Assembly (NCBI GenBank): GCA_049970055.1
Contig: JBMFNR010000005.1
Span: 1-58,015, forward strand
DNA: 58,015 nt
Origin: Fervidobacterium sp.
GTDB taxonomy: Bacteria > Thermotogota > Thermotogae > Thermotogales > Fervidobacteriaceae
Direction of reading: 5' to 3'
Shown: positions 17,305 to 27,329 of the stretch, in pieces
How the letters are laid out: each line of letters begins with the position of its first letter
Numbering within the stretch: position 1 is the first letter of the stretch
The notes under the pieces: generated by a model
The model's input: the letters and a program-made list of their open reading frames with translations, nothing else
Told to the model about the DNA's origin: nothing
The model's database searches: none
Made by a program: the position numbers and the translations under genes

Positions 17305-20300
17305 ACGACCGATCTTATTAAGCCTGAATACAAATTCCAAAGAGAAGTTTACATAGGTTCGGAATACATTGTCGAAGATAATGGAATATATCTTGCAAGG
17401 ATTATTCCAAGTGATTTTATTGACGATTTTGATCGATTTGTTGTGCATGTTAATTCGTTTACTTTATTTGATCGGATGTTTTTACCTGCTTTGGTAGAAC
17501 TTTCAGAAGATAAAGGTGAATTTGTTGTAAAATTCAAATACAACTATGAAAAACCTATTAGTGACAGCGTGAGTGAATTCACATTAAAAGATCTGGTTTC
17601 TTCCTTTCTTTTCTATTTATATGGAGTTGAAAAAGGTGTTTATCCGCCAATAGGTTATTTTTCCGAAGAAGACATCTTCCTATACGCAGGGCAAGTGTTC
17701 TTTTTACCTCCGCTTTTGTATTCTAATCAGTCTGTTGAGAAGACAGTACAAAGTAGTGAAAAGATATTCTATTCACCAGAATTTCTAAAAAGTGGTGTTG
17801 TAAATCTTCAAACTACTATGTATGTTCTTGGTAAAGTAATTGAACACTTCGATTTCGAAAAACGATATTACTACATGGTTAAAAAACTTACCCACAAAGA
17901 TCCAAAATGCAGAACGTATAATAAAGCATGGCTTGAAAGCTTTGTTTTTTTGGATACAAAGGTTGTTGAGAGCTTTTCAAAAGATGTGTTAAGCAAAATT
18001 GTAACCGATAAAAAGTACATGGTTGTGAATCTGACCTCAACGCGCTACATTGATTTTGTTAACGTAATTTTCTGGTTATCTGGCTTGGCAAACAGTTTAC
18101 CAAAAACATTATTTGTTTACATTGGGAAAGACTTTACAAACGTCCCTAGACAGTTGTTGAGAAAATACCGCGAGTTTATACCCGAAGGTGAAAGATATAC
18201 ATTGTTTAGATCTTTGCACGATATCGTGAAATTTGATAGCATCTTAGGTGCTATAATTTCTACTATAGCAAACTTTGAAAGGGCTTTTATTGTTATCGAC
18301 GACTATGAGAACAGCGATCACTTAATAAGATCGTTCTTGAGTCACTTAGAATTAGTTGATATATCGACAAAAGTAGTGGTTTTAGCAAATAAATCACGCG
18401 AATTTGATTTTGCTTTTGAAGTTCCAGATTTTCAAAATAACCAAGAAATTCTTCCTACAATAGTAGGCTTGCCAACAGAGTTTAGTTATTTATCGCTACT
18501 TGGCAGTGAATTTTCTAAAGAGGATGTAGTGCACCTCAGTGATGTGCTATCTAAAAACTTGGAAGATACATTGCAAACAGGGCTGAAAAAAGGCGTTATA
18601 AAGTTCGATAATGGATTGTATACATTCTCGGAAAGTGTCTGGAGAAAAATATATGATGACTTACCATCTGAAGAAAAAGAAAAATACCACTATAAACTTG
18701 CAAAAAGATACGAAAAGTTTGATAGTCCTTTTAGCTTTTCTATTTTGAAAAGTGGTTATCACTACCTCAGCGCGGGGAAAGATATCTCAGCTGTTGTTAC
18801 ATACTTGAGGTTTGTGAAAAAAAACTTGGAAACGTACACCTTTTCCACTGAAAGAATGAAAGAAGTATTCGGAAAAATCTACGACATATTAAAAACTTAC
18901 AATCGACTCAATTCTTATGCATTTAATTCTTTATTGCTTAAATTCCGGTATCAATCTTCGGAAAAACTTGACTGTGAGGGCGTTTTGGACTCATCCAAAT
19001 TGTTTAGCTACCTAAGGCTTTTGAAAAATTATGTTGATGAGAACGAAACGGGGGTTTTGGAGACATATCGCACGTTTTTTAGCACATCTGAACCAGATAC
19101 CTGTTCTTTTGAAGCATACAAAAAACTTTGGGCACACTTTTTGTATGATTCAGCCAAATATAGGTTGGATGATAGAATAGAAAATGTGGATCAATTAGCA
19201 GGTATAGTGCGTTCTATCAACGAAAAGAATAGACTTTGGGCGAATTTAAAATCAGAGTATTTATTACTTTTAGCATATACTTTAAGTTACAGAAAACCTA
19301 CTGACGCAAGGGCATACCTTGATGACGCAAGAGAAATCGCTGAAAATTATAATTTGAAGCATGTGCTAAGTAGAATTCACAATGTATACGGTATCTTAAA
19401 CGATGCCAACGTGGTCTCAATTGAAAACTTTAAGCACGCTATTCGGTTAGCAAGCGAAATTGGGTATTTAAAGCTCACAATAGTACCACAATTAAATTTG
19501 TTGAGAGCATTTGTATACTTTGGATTCTTAGATGAGTTTCGCAGTGAAGTGAAGAGAATTGAAACACAGCTTTCGTTTTGGGATAGACCCTCAGATATTG
19601 CCTTTTTCTACCGGATCCGTTCATTCTTACCGATGTATGAACAAAATTATCTCGAGGCAAAGGCACTTATCTTAAAAGCACTTGAAAAAGAAGAGCAATA
19701 TGGACTTCAAAAATCATCGTTGAGAAGTCTAATTTTACTTGAGTTATTATGCGCAAATTTTGAAGAAGCGAAGAAGCTAATTTTACAAAATATAGGTGAA
19801 CCTGCGTTGAAAACAAGAGCATTCGAATTTCTAACTAAAATGGTGCTGACTAAAGACGATGAACAGTTCAAAACGATTTGGTTGGAGTACAGGGACTCTC
19901 ACTACTTTTTGCTTAGGGAAGAAATTTTGTACATCTTTGCTGAGAAAATTGCGAAAGTTGATCAAGAGGGTTTTTTAAGAGAGATCGAAAAATGGGAAAG
20001 CGAATACACAGTTGGAGGAGTTAACCTCTCGTTATTCTACGTACTGCTAGCCAAACAGAAATATTTCAAGATGAAGGGTAAGGAAGTACGTTCAAAGTTC
20101 CTTGAAAGTGAACTCTGTCAACTTGGTAACATTATGAAAATGAACCATCCGTCCATGCATATGTGTACCAAAAAAATAACGGATAATACTTTACAAATGT
20201 TGCATAAACTTAGGCGTTTAAATCTGTCTATTAACTTGCGAGAATTTATCGATTTATTTGTAAGCTCAATATATAGGATATTCCATGCTCAGAACATGTA

Positions 20301-21030
20301 TTTGTGTGTTCACGACAATGTGTCAAATTTTCACTACGAAGTATCGAACTCACCGAAAATACCGGAAGGAGATATCTTTTCTTTGAAACCTTTTGAGATC
20401 TTGATTAATGAGAAAATTGATGAGGATGCATGGTATAGACTATATATTTACAGCGAATCTTATGAGACGACTGATAATGAATTAGACATGTTAAATGAAT
20501 TTACTTTAATTCAAGAATTATTCGCTGGTCAGATAAAAGGACTTGTACTAAAGGAACGCTCGTACATGGATCGATTAACTGGATTGTATAATAGATGGAA
20601 GTTCAATCAACTGATAGAAGAACTTTTTGAAAGACGTGAGAATAATTTTTCGGTTTTCCTTACTGATACAGATGATTTCAAAAAAGTGAATGACACGTAT
20701 GGACACATAACAGGGGACAAAGTTCTGAAAATGATAGCAGATATTTTGAAAAAAAATGTCGCTGACGATGGTATTGTTTCAAGGTACGGTGGTGAAGAGT
20801 TCGTTGGGGTAATTTATAAAGACAAAGTAAAAACACTTGAACTCTGTGAAAAAATGAGAAAGGAGATTGAGATATCATCATCTTCGTTGTTCGGGTTCAA
20901 AGTTACTATTAGCATTGGAATTGCACATATAAGTGAGAGGTCGAATGCTACGGAGCTAATTGGATTGGCAGACCAAAGACTTTACAGGGCTAAATCTATG
21001 GGAAAGAATACAATTGTTTGGGGTAACTAG
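17305..21030 (+). CDS. Giant diguanylate cyclase 1: pseudokinase-like, degenerate P-loop, TPR-like, GGDEF
   Basis: DRLTGLYNR, TDTDDFKKVNDTYGHITGD, SRYGGEEF, ADQRLYRAK; N-terminal FYSPE..TTMYVLG; FIVIDDY. ORF track start is GTG 17443, but the frame is open upstream with an SD before ACG 17305; start uncertain. Confidence 0.85.
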   Translation, partial: TTDLIKPEYKFQREVYIGSEYIVEDNGIYLARIIPSDFIDDFDRFVVHVNSFTLFDRMFLPALVELSEDKGEFVVKFKYNYEKPISDSVSEFTLKDLVSSFLFYLYGVEKGVYPPIGYFSEEDIFLYAGQVFFLPPLLYSNQSVEKTVQSSEKIFYSPEFLKSGVVNLQTTMYVLGKVIEHFDFEKRYYYMVKKLTHKDPKCRTYNKAWLESFVFLDTKVVESFSKDVLSKIVTDKKYMVVNLTSTRYIDFVNVIFWLSGLANSLPKTLFVYIGKDFTNVPRQLLRKYREFIPEGERYTLFRSLHDIVKFDSILGAIISTIANFERAFIVIDDYENSDHLIRSFLSHLELVDISTKVVVLANKSREFDFAFEVPDFQNNQEILPTIVGLPTEFSYLSLLGSEFSKEDVVHLSDVLSKNLEDTLQTGLKKGVIKFDNGLYTFSESVWRKIYDDLPSEEKEKYHYKLAKRYEKFDSPFSFSILKSGYHYLSAGKDISAVVTYLRFVKKNLETYTFSTERMKEVFGKIYDILKTYNRLNSYAFNSLLLKFRYQSSEKLDCEGVLDSSKLFSYLRLLKNYVDENETGVLETYRTFFSTSEPDTCSFEAYKKLWAHFLYDSAKYRLDDRIENVDQLAGIVRSINEKNRLWANLKSEYLLLLAYTLSYRKPTDARAYLDDAREIAENYNLKHVLSRIHNVYGILNDANVVSIENFKHAIRLASEIGYLKLTIVPQLNLLRAFVYFGFLDEFRSEVKRIETQLSFWDRPSDIAFFYRIRSFLPMYEQNYLEAKALILKALEKEEQYGLQKSSLRSLILLELLCANFEEAKKLILQNIGEPALKTRAFEFLTKMVLTKDDEQFKTIWLEYRDSHYFLLREEILYIFAEKIAKVDQEGFLREIEKWESEYTVGGVNLSLFYVLLAKQKYFKMKGKEVRSKFLESELCQLGNIMKMNHPSMHMCTKKITDNTLQMLHKLRRLNLSINLREFIDLFVSSIYRIFHAQNMYLCVHDNVSNFHYEVSNSPKIPEGDIFSLKPFEILINEKIDEDAWYRLYIYSESYETTDNELDMLNEFTLIQELFAGQIKGLVLKERSYMDRLTGLYNRWKFNQLIEELFERRENNFSVFLTDTDDFKKVNDTYGHITGDKVLKMIADILKKNVADDGIVSRYGGEEFVGVIYKDKVKTLELCEKMRKEIEISSSSLFGFKVTISIGIAHISERSNATELIGLADQRLYRAKSMGKNTIVWGN

Positions 21031-21043
21031 GGGTGAAGTTTAG

Positions 21044-24000
21044 ATGTTAGATGTGGAAATTTTAGAATTTATAGGACAGACTTATTGGAGCAAAGATTAT
21101 TTAATTGAAAAAGACGGAAGAAAGAAGATCGCAAAATTCGTCAAGGAAGGGTTAATAACAAATCCTGAGGGTGTTATTTTGAGATCTGAATTGGCGGCAA
21201 AGATATCCGGTTTACTTGTGCCAGAAAAGATAATGTTTGATAAAACACCTGTGTTGATTTACGACTTGGATGAAGTTGTATACTATGACAACATGGATAA
21301 GGATTTTCGAGAGTTTGTCTCAGCGTTTTTGCTTAATGTTGTTAAAAATGTTTTGCACATACCGAATTTATATATACCAGTAGTAGGTTTACGCGATATA
21401 GTTCGAGTTCGTGGCGATATTCTTTTATTCCTCCCTATGGTTCAAAACTATTCGGTTCTTGAAACTCACACAGATTCGTTAAAAGATATCTATTTCTTGG
21501 CACCGGAAGCGCTCAATACGAAAGAAATTTCAGATAGATCAACTTTATACGCGTTTGGAAAGATTATTGAGTACATTTCAAATGACGAAACAATCTTGAG
21601 AATAGCAAAACAGATGAGTTCGGAAGAACAAAGTGAAAGAAAATTAACAGAAGACATACCATACTTTACTCTTCCAAAAAACAAAAGAGCATTGTCAATT
21701 AGGCGTATAATTAGAGAGCAAGAAAATATTATAATGGAATTTATAAATTCGAATGATAAAAAATTCCTCGGTGTTATAGGTCCACAAAGGATCGGTAAGA
21801 CAACCATAATTGAAAATATCGAAAATACATTGCGTGAAAGTAGCATACATTTTTTACATGCACAATCAGCTTCCGATGTGATAGTACAAACTTTACAGAT
21901 TGTTGCTGACAGCATTTCAAAAGAGCTCTTCGACGAACTTTCAAGATGTATAGAACACACTTGCAAAATCGATACAGTATCACTAGCTATTGTTGAAGCT
22001 TTTGAGAAAGTGGACAAAGTTGTAATCATTATAGATGATTATCACGAAGTTCAGGAGAATTTAAAAGCACTTGTTAGGAAAATCGTGAGCCTTTCAAAAA
22101 AAGCAAATATTAAGGTTGTGGCTTTCAGTGTAGAGGACTCTAAAGATTTTGAGGAGAAAATTCATATATCTGCGTTTAGCATTGAGCAAACCAGAAAACT
22201 TTTGGAAGTTTCTTTTGGTAAAGTCCACGAGATAGAACTTTTGAGTCAGTGGTTAACAAATGTATCCGGTGGTCTACCTGGCGTTATCGTTGAGTATTTA
22301 AAGTATCTATATGATAATGATGTAATATTCATAAAAAACGGCGAATTACAATACGATTTAGATAAGTTGGAGCAAGTACAAGTTGTAAATATATTTGATG
22401 AAAAGCTAAGAGAATTTTACAAAACTAGTGAGAAATACGTAGCCGTACTTGGACAAAAGTTTACAAAAGATGAGATCGAAATTCTCCAAGGGCACATTGA
22501 CGGAGAAATAAGTCTTTCAAATTTGATGGCAAATGGTATCTTATACAAAGAATATGATAAATACAGGTTCACGTTAAAGCATTACTGGGAATTGTTATAC
22601 AACAGTATTGATAGTAACGAGAGAAAAAGACTTCACGAAACACTTTCGCAAGAGACAAAAGACACTTTCAAAAGAGCGTGGCACCTGGAAGCAATTGGAC
22701 AAAAACTGAGCGCTGCCGTAGTTTACTTAAAAAGCATTAAAGAAATGCTAAGTTACTATTCTTCACCATCTTTAATAAAATCTGTAATGGAGAAGGTTAA
22801 AGATATAATTGGTGATAGAGTTTCATATGCCCTTGTAAAGTTTGAAGTTGAGTTACTGACTAGAACGGAAGAGATAAATGATCTTGAAAATCTAAGTATT
22901 CCGAAAGCAAAATTGTATTCTTATTACATAGCTAAGAAATTTTTCTTTTCATACAAAGAAGAAAAAGCTTACGAGATACTAAAAGAGTTTCCGACAGCTT
23001 ACGGTCCCATAGGAGAAATCAGGAAAAAGTTGTTATTATTGCGTGTAAAATATGAGGTTATAAAGAAAAGAGAGGACTATTTTAACCAAGTTAGCGATAT
23101 AATCACAAAGCTTAAAGAGGACAATCCAATCCATGCTGACATATTAGTGGACGCTTATTTCTTTGCTGCAAGGCTTATGTTTGATAATCCCCAAAGAGCC
23201 ATTCAATATCTCAAAAAAGCCGAAAGCATATCTTTGAATTTTAATTTTGCACACAAATTACCAAGCATATACAACAACCTGGCGGTTGAAAGTAGTAACA
23301 CTCACATTTCTATGATGTACTTGCAGAGAGCGGTTGATATTGCGAACGATACCGGTTTCCCTGCAAAAGGATATCTGGCGAAGTTAAACATACTTTATCA
23401 CAAGTTGTATTCGGGCAAGATTAGCGAATTCATAAGTGAACTCAGCAACATAAGACCAAGGTTGGAGATGCTCGGGTTAACCCAAGAAATCATATACAGC
23501 AACTCTCTTGAAGCATATTACCATGCGTACAACTTTGAACTTGAAAGTGCTTTCGAGCATATTGCTGAAGTCGAGAAAATAAAAAAGGAAAATAGAAATG
23601 ACGAACGTGCTTTGGTGAGCCTGATAGCGAGAGATTACGATCTTTCAAAACGTTTCGTTGGTATGGTAGACTTTGAAACCTTAGACGCCGAGCAAAAAAA
23701 TTTTTTTAATCTGTTATCGAATATTGAACATGATGATTTTGGGGAACTTTGGGAGAGTTACGTAAATCAAGGGAGTAGAATTTTCAGGGAGGAGCTTTGT
23801 GCAATTTTTGGTCAGCGTTTAGCGAAGCTCAAGCCTGATTTTTTCAGGAAAGAGTTGGAATACTTAGAAAATTGTTTTGTTCTTGATGGCAGTTTACTTT
23901 CACTGGCTTTGGTTTACGAGGGCTATGGCCACTATTATAACGTCCTTGGCAAGCAATACAAAGCCAAGGTATATTACATGAAAGCAATCACAATTTACAA

Positions 24001-25000
24001 AGATATCGGTTTATCAAATGCTGCACTTTCTTTGGCAAAGATATATGATGTAACGTCATATGATATTAGACAGGAAGATATCGAGGATACTCGTAATCTA
24101 TCGCTTGATATACTGACAAGCTTGAAAGTGATAGATCCAAAAACAGATCCACAGATACTTATGGATTACTTTGTTTCCAAAATTATTTCCGTTTTTCCTG
24201 TTAAAAATGTTTACTTCAAAATATATGATAAGGTACTTGATCGAAGCTTTGAAAGTGGATTAGGTGAGTTTAGCTCATTTGAAAAAGATTATATAAGTAT
24301 AGCTCCCTTGGAGATTTATCTTTCCGATAATTTCGATCAAAAAGCTCGATATGAAATATACATCTCAAATCCAGATGTATCGTTTAGCGAAGGTATGAAA
24401 GATTCAATAATTGCAAAGTTGGAAATAATCGAATATGGTTTTGTAGGTGTTTTCAAGGGACTTTTGACAAGGTTGAGAAGCTTCATAGATCCTCTAACAA
24501 AGTTGTTCACACGATACTACTTCTCCGATTTATTATCTCAGTACTTTGAGAATGCGGTAAATCAAAAAGATAGCTTGTCTATAGTTATGTGCGATATAGA
24601 TAATTTCAAGAAGATCAACGATACATATGGACATATAGTTGGAGATAAGGTCTTAATAACGGTTGCGAAGATTTTAAGGGAAAACATTAGAACAACGGAT
24701 GTTGTAGGTCGATTCGGCGGGGAAGAATTTATCATGGCATTCCCTTCAACAGATGTTAATGAAGTAACAATTATACTCGAAAGGCTTAGGAGACTTATCC
24801 GAGATAGCGCAGATTTTCCGTTCAAAATCACACTAAGCTTTGGTGTTGTCAGTTATCCACAGAACGTGGAAAACATTCTAATAAGTTCTCCGGAAGAGTT
24901 GATAAAACTAGCCGATACAGCGCTTTACCATGCTAAAAATACTGGAAAAGACAAAATCGTAGTCTATGCGGAGGGAATGACGGGTGGATTACACGCATGA
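21044..25000 (+). CDS. Giant diguanylate cyclase 2: pseudokinase-like, AAA/STAND-like NTPase, TPR-like, GGDEF
   Basis: FLAPE..SDRSTLYAFG; Walker A GPQRIGKTT; Walker B VVIIIDDYH; SGGLPG; DPLTKLFTR, DIDNFKKINDTYGH, RTTDVVGRFGGEEF, ADTALYHAK. Confidence 0.9.
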   Translation: MLDVEILEFIGQTYWSKDYLIEKDGRKKIAKFVKEGLITNPEGVILRSELAAKISGLLVPEKIMFDKTPVLIYDLDEVVYYDNMDKDFREFVSAFLLNVVKNVLHIPNLYIPVVGLRDIVRVRGDILLFLPMVQNYSVLETHTDSLKDIYFLAPEALNTKEISDRSTLYAFGKIIEYISNDETILRIAKQMSSEEQSERKLTEDIPYFTLPKNKRALSIRRIIREQENIIMEFINSNDKKFLGVIGPQRIGKTTIIENIENTLRESSIHFLHAQSASDVIVQTLQIVADSISKELFDELSRCIEHTCKIDTVSLAIVEAFEKVDKVVIIIDDYHEVQENLKALVRKIVSLSKKANIKVVAFSVEDSKDFEEKIHISAFSIEQTRKLLEVSFGKVHEIELLSQWLTNVSGGLPGVIVEYLKYLYDNDVIFIKNGELQYDLDKLEQVQVVNIFDEKLREFYKTSEKYVAVLGQKFTKDEIEILQGHIDGEISLSNLMANGILYKEYDKYRFTLKHYWELLYNSIDSNERKRLHETLSQETKDTFKRAWHLEAIGQKLSAAVVYLKSIKEMLSYYSSPSLIKSVMEKVKDIIGDRVSYALVKFEVELLTRTEEINDLENLSIPKAKLYSYYIAKKFFFSYKEEKAYEILKEFPTAYGPIGEIRKKLLLLRVKYEVIKKREDYFNQVSDIITKLKEDNPIHADILVDAYFFAARLMFDNPQRAIQYLKKAESISLNFNFAHKLPSIYNNLAVESSNTHISMMYLQRAVDIANDTGFPAKGYLAKLNILYHKLYSGKISEFISELSNIRPRLEMLGLTQEIIYSNSLEAYYHAYNFELESAFEHIAEVEKIKKENRNDERALVSLIARDYDLSKRFVGMVDFETLDAEQKNFFNLLSNIEHDDFGELWESYVNQGSRIFREELCAIFGQRLAKLKPDFFRKELEYLENCFVLDGSLLSLALVYEGYGHYYNVLGKQYKAKVYYMKAITIYKDIGLSNAALSLAKIYDVTSYDIRQEDIEDTRNLSLDILTSLKVIDPKTDPQILMDYFVSKIISVFPVKNVYFKIYDKVLDRSFESGLGEFSSFEKDYISIAPLEIYLSDNFDQKARYEIYISNPDVSFSEGMKDSIIAKLEIIEYGFVGVFKGLLTRLRSFIDPLTKLFTRYYFSDLLSQYFENAVNQKDSLSIVMCDIDNFKKINDTYGHIVGDKVLITVAKILRENIRTTDVVGRFGGEEFIMAFPSTDVNEVTIILERLRRLIRDSADFPFKITLSFGVVSYPQNVENILISSPEELIKLADTALYHAKNTGKDKIVVYAEGMTGGLHA

Positions 25001-25901
25001 TGTTCCAAGAAGGTTGCTTGAAAAATTGTGGGAGCTTGGTTGCGATTTGTTTTTAAATGAAGAACTTTCGGGTCATGTCAGTTTTAAAATAGGAGGAAAA
25101 GTTCCAATCTTCGTTGTACCAAGTTCAACAGAGGCGTTTATAAATACACTTATTTTTCTCAGAGGCGAAGGAATAGAATTCCGGATTCTTGGGAAAGGTA
25201 CGAATATTTTACCAGCTAATGGTATTTTACCGTACGTAGTTGTTTCAACAGAACGACTAGACGACTTTTCTGTAATGGGTGATAAAATACATGTTGGATC
25301 TGGTGCATCATTTAAAAAATTGTGTCTTGTAGCGCTTGAAAATGAGCTCTCGGGGTTGGAGAGAGCCTTTGGATTGCCTGGAAGTGTTGGAGGCGCAGTT
25401 TATATGAATGCTGGTTGTTATGGGTGGGAGACCGCAGAAAATGTTATTGAGGTCCTAGCATTTGACGGAAAAAATATTTTGAAACTTTTAAAAGATGATC
25501 TAAAATTTTCCTATAGAAGTAGTATATTCAAAATGGATAGGAATCTAATAGTTCTTGGGGCGACTTTCAGACTTACGAAAGGTGACAAAAATCGCATACA
25601 TGAGCTTATGCTCGAGACAATAAGAAAAAGGTACGAAAAACAACCTCTTGAATACCCGAGTGCTGGGAGTGTTTTCAAACGCCCAAAACCGGATTTTTAC
25701 GTAGGTACGGCAATCGAGTCTTTAGGATTAAAGGGGTTTTCTATTGGAGGAGCACAGGTTTCGGAAAAGCACGCGGGTTTCATTATCAACAAGGGTGGTG
25801 CAAAAGCTGATGACGTATTAAATCTAATCGAGTACATAAAGAAGGCTGTTAGAGAACACTTCAACGTTGAGTTAGAGACTGAAATTGAAATTTGGAGATA
25901 A
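24984..25901 (+). CDS. murB: UDP-N-acetylenolpyruvoylglucosamine reductase
   Basis: SFKIGG, LGKGTNIL, PGSVGGAVYMNAG, FSYRSS, QPLEYPSAGSVFKRP, SEKHAGFIIN. Confidence 0.96.
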   Translation: MDYTHDVPRRLLEKLWELGCDLFLNEELSGHVSFKIGGKVPIFVVPSSTEAFINTLIFLRGEGIEFRILGKGTNILPANGILPYVVVSTERLDDFSVMGDKIHVGSGASFKKLCLVALENELSGLERAFGLPGSVGGAVYMNAGCYGWETAENVIEVLAFDGKNILKLLKDDLKFSYRSSIFKMDRNLIVLGATFRLTKGDKNRIHELMLETIRKRYEKQPLEYPSAGSVFKRPKPDFYVGTAIESLGLKGFSIGGAQVSEKHAGFIINKGGAKADDVLNLIEYIKKAVREHFNVELETEIEIWR

Positions 25902-25934
25902 AACACAAATTTAAAAAATTGGAGGGGAAAAACT

Positions 25935-27284
25935 ATGGCCATCGATAAAGGTTTGGTTTGGAAAAAGAGAACAAGAGAGGAAATTGAGAAATTTTCAAGT
26001 GATTATAAGAAGTTTATCGACTATGCAAAAACGGAACGACTTGCAATCGATTACTTCGAAAAATTATTGGTGAGCAATGGTTTTGTTAAGATTGATGAAT
26101 ACTCAGGGAAAGAGTCTAAAGTATTTTTTGTTAATAGAGGTAAATCTCTCGTTGCTGTAAAAGGAGACGTCACAAAAGGTGTCAATTTTGTAGCTGCGCA
26201 CGTAGATGCGCCAAGGATAGATTTGAGGACGTACCCACTGTACGAGGATGGTGGTATTGCTCTTGGAAAAACACATTACTATGGAGGAGTAAAGAAGTAC
26301 CAATGGTTGAGTTTACCTCTTGCTTTGGTTGGCGTAGTAGTTAAGGAAAGCGGTCAAAAGATAAATGTTTGTATAGGTTGTGAAGAAAGTGATCCAGTCC
26401 TCGTTATACCAGACCTACTACCACATTTGGACAAGGAGGATAAAAAAGTCAGTGAACAATTCAAAGCGGAAAGGATGAATGTTATTTTAGGGTCAGTACC
26501 ACTTGATGGTGAAAACGAACCAGTTAAGCGGAATATATTGAAAATTCTGAAAGAAAAGTACAACATTGAGGAAGAAGACTTCGTAAGTGCCGATTTGGAA
26601 CTCATACCTGCTCTGAAACCGAGGGATGTAGGTGTAGATGGTGGATTCTTAGGTGCTTATGGACACGACGATAGAATTTGCGCGTACGAAGCTATTATGG
26701 CATTACTTGATGCTCATATTTCTGAAAATCAGAAAGCGGCGGGTGTGATCTTATTTGATCGAGAGGAAATAGGAAGTGAAGGAGACGCTGGTGCCCAAGC
26801 AAGGTTTTATAAAGCTTTTGTAAGAAAAATATTGAAAATCAAAGGGTTTGAGGATGCAGAAATTATGCTTGATGATGTAATTTCAAAATCGTGTGTAATA
26901 TCAGCAGATGTTACAGCTTTATTTGACCCATCCTATCCTGATGTACACGATAAACTAAATGTATCAAAGCCAGGCTATGGTGTTGCTATCGTTAAATACA
27001 CCGGGCGTGGTGGAAAGTCAGGAGCAAGTGAAGCGCACGCAGAACTCGTTGCTAAGGTTCGGAATGTTCTTAACAAAAACGGCGTTTCATGGCAGGTAAG
27101 CTTGCTTGGAAAGGTGGATGTCGGTGGTGGAGGAACAGTTGCAAAATTCTTAGCTCAAGAAGGATTTGACACCATAGACATGGGACCTGGTCTTATGAGT
27201 ATGCATGCTCCTTTTGAGCTTGTTTCGAAAGCTGATTTGTATGAAACGTATTTAGCTTTCAAAGTACTCATGGAAGAGCTTTGA
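25935..27284 (+). CDS. M18 family aminopeptidase
   Basis: AHVDAPRID, THYYGGVKKYQW, YGHDDR, DREEIGS, KYTGRGGK, SMHAPFE. Confidence 0.93.
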   Translation: MAIDKGLVWKKRTREEIEKFSSDYKKFIDYAKTERLAIDYFEKLLVSNGFVKIDEYSGKESKVFFVNRGKSLVAVKGDVTKGVNFVAAHVDAPRIDLRTYPLYEDGGIALGKTHYYGGVKKYQWLSLPLALVGVVVKESGQKINVCIGCEESDPVLVIPDLLPHLDKEDKKVSEQFKAERMNVILGSVPLDGENEPVKRNILKILKEKYNIEEEDFVSADLELIPALKPRDVGVDGGFLGAYGHDDRICAYEAIMALLDAHISENQKAAGVILFDREEIGSEGDAGAQARFYKAFVRKILKIKGFEDAEIMLDDVISKSCVISADVTALFDPSYPDVHDKLNVSKPGYGVAIVKYTGRGGKSGASEAHAELVAKVRNVLNKNGVSWQVSLLGKVDVGGGGTVAKFLAQEGFDTIDMGPGLMSMHAPFELVSKADLYETYLAFKVLMEEL

Positions 27285-27329
27285 TGCTTTCATAAAATTG
27301 CAATTTTTTGGTTTTGTAGGGGTGGAAAG

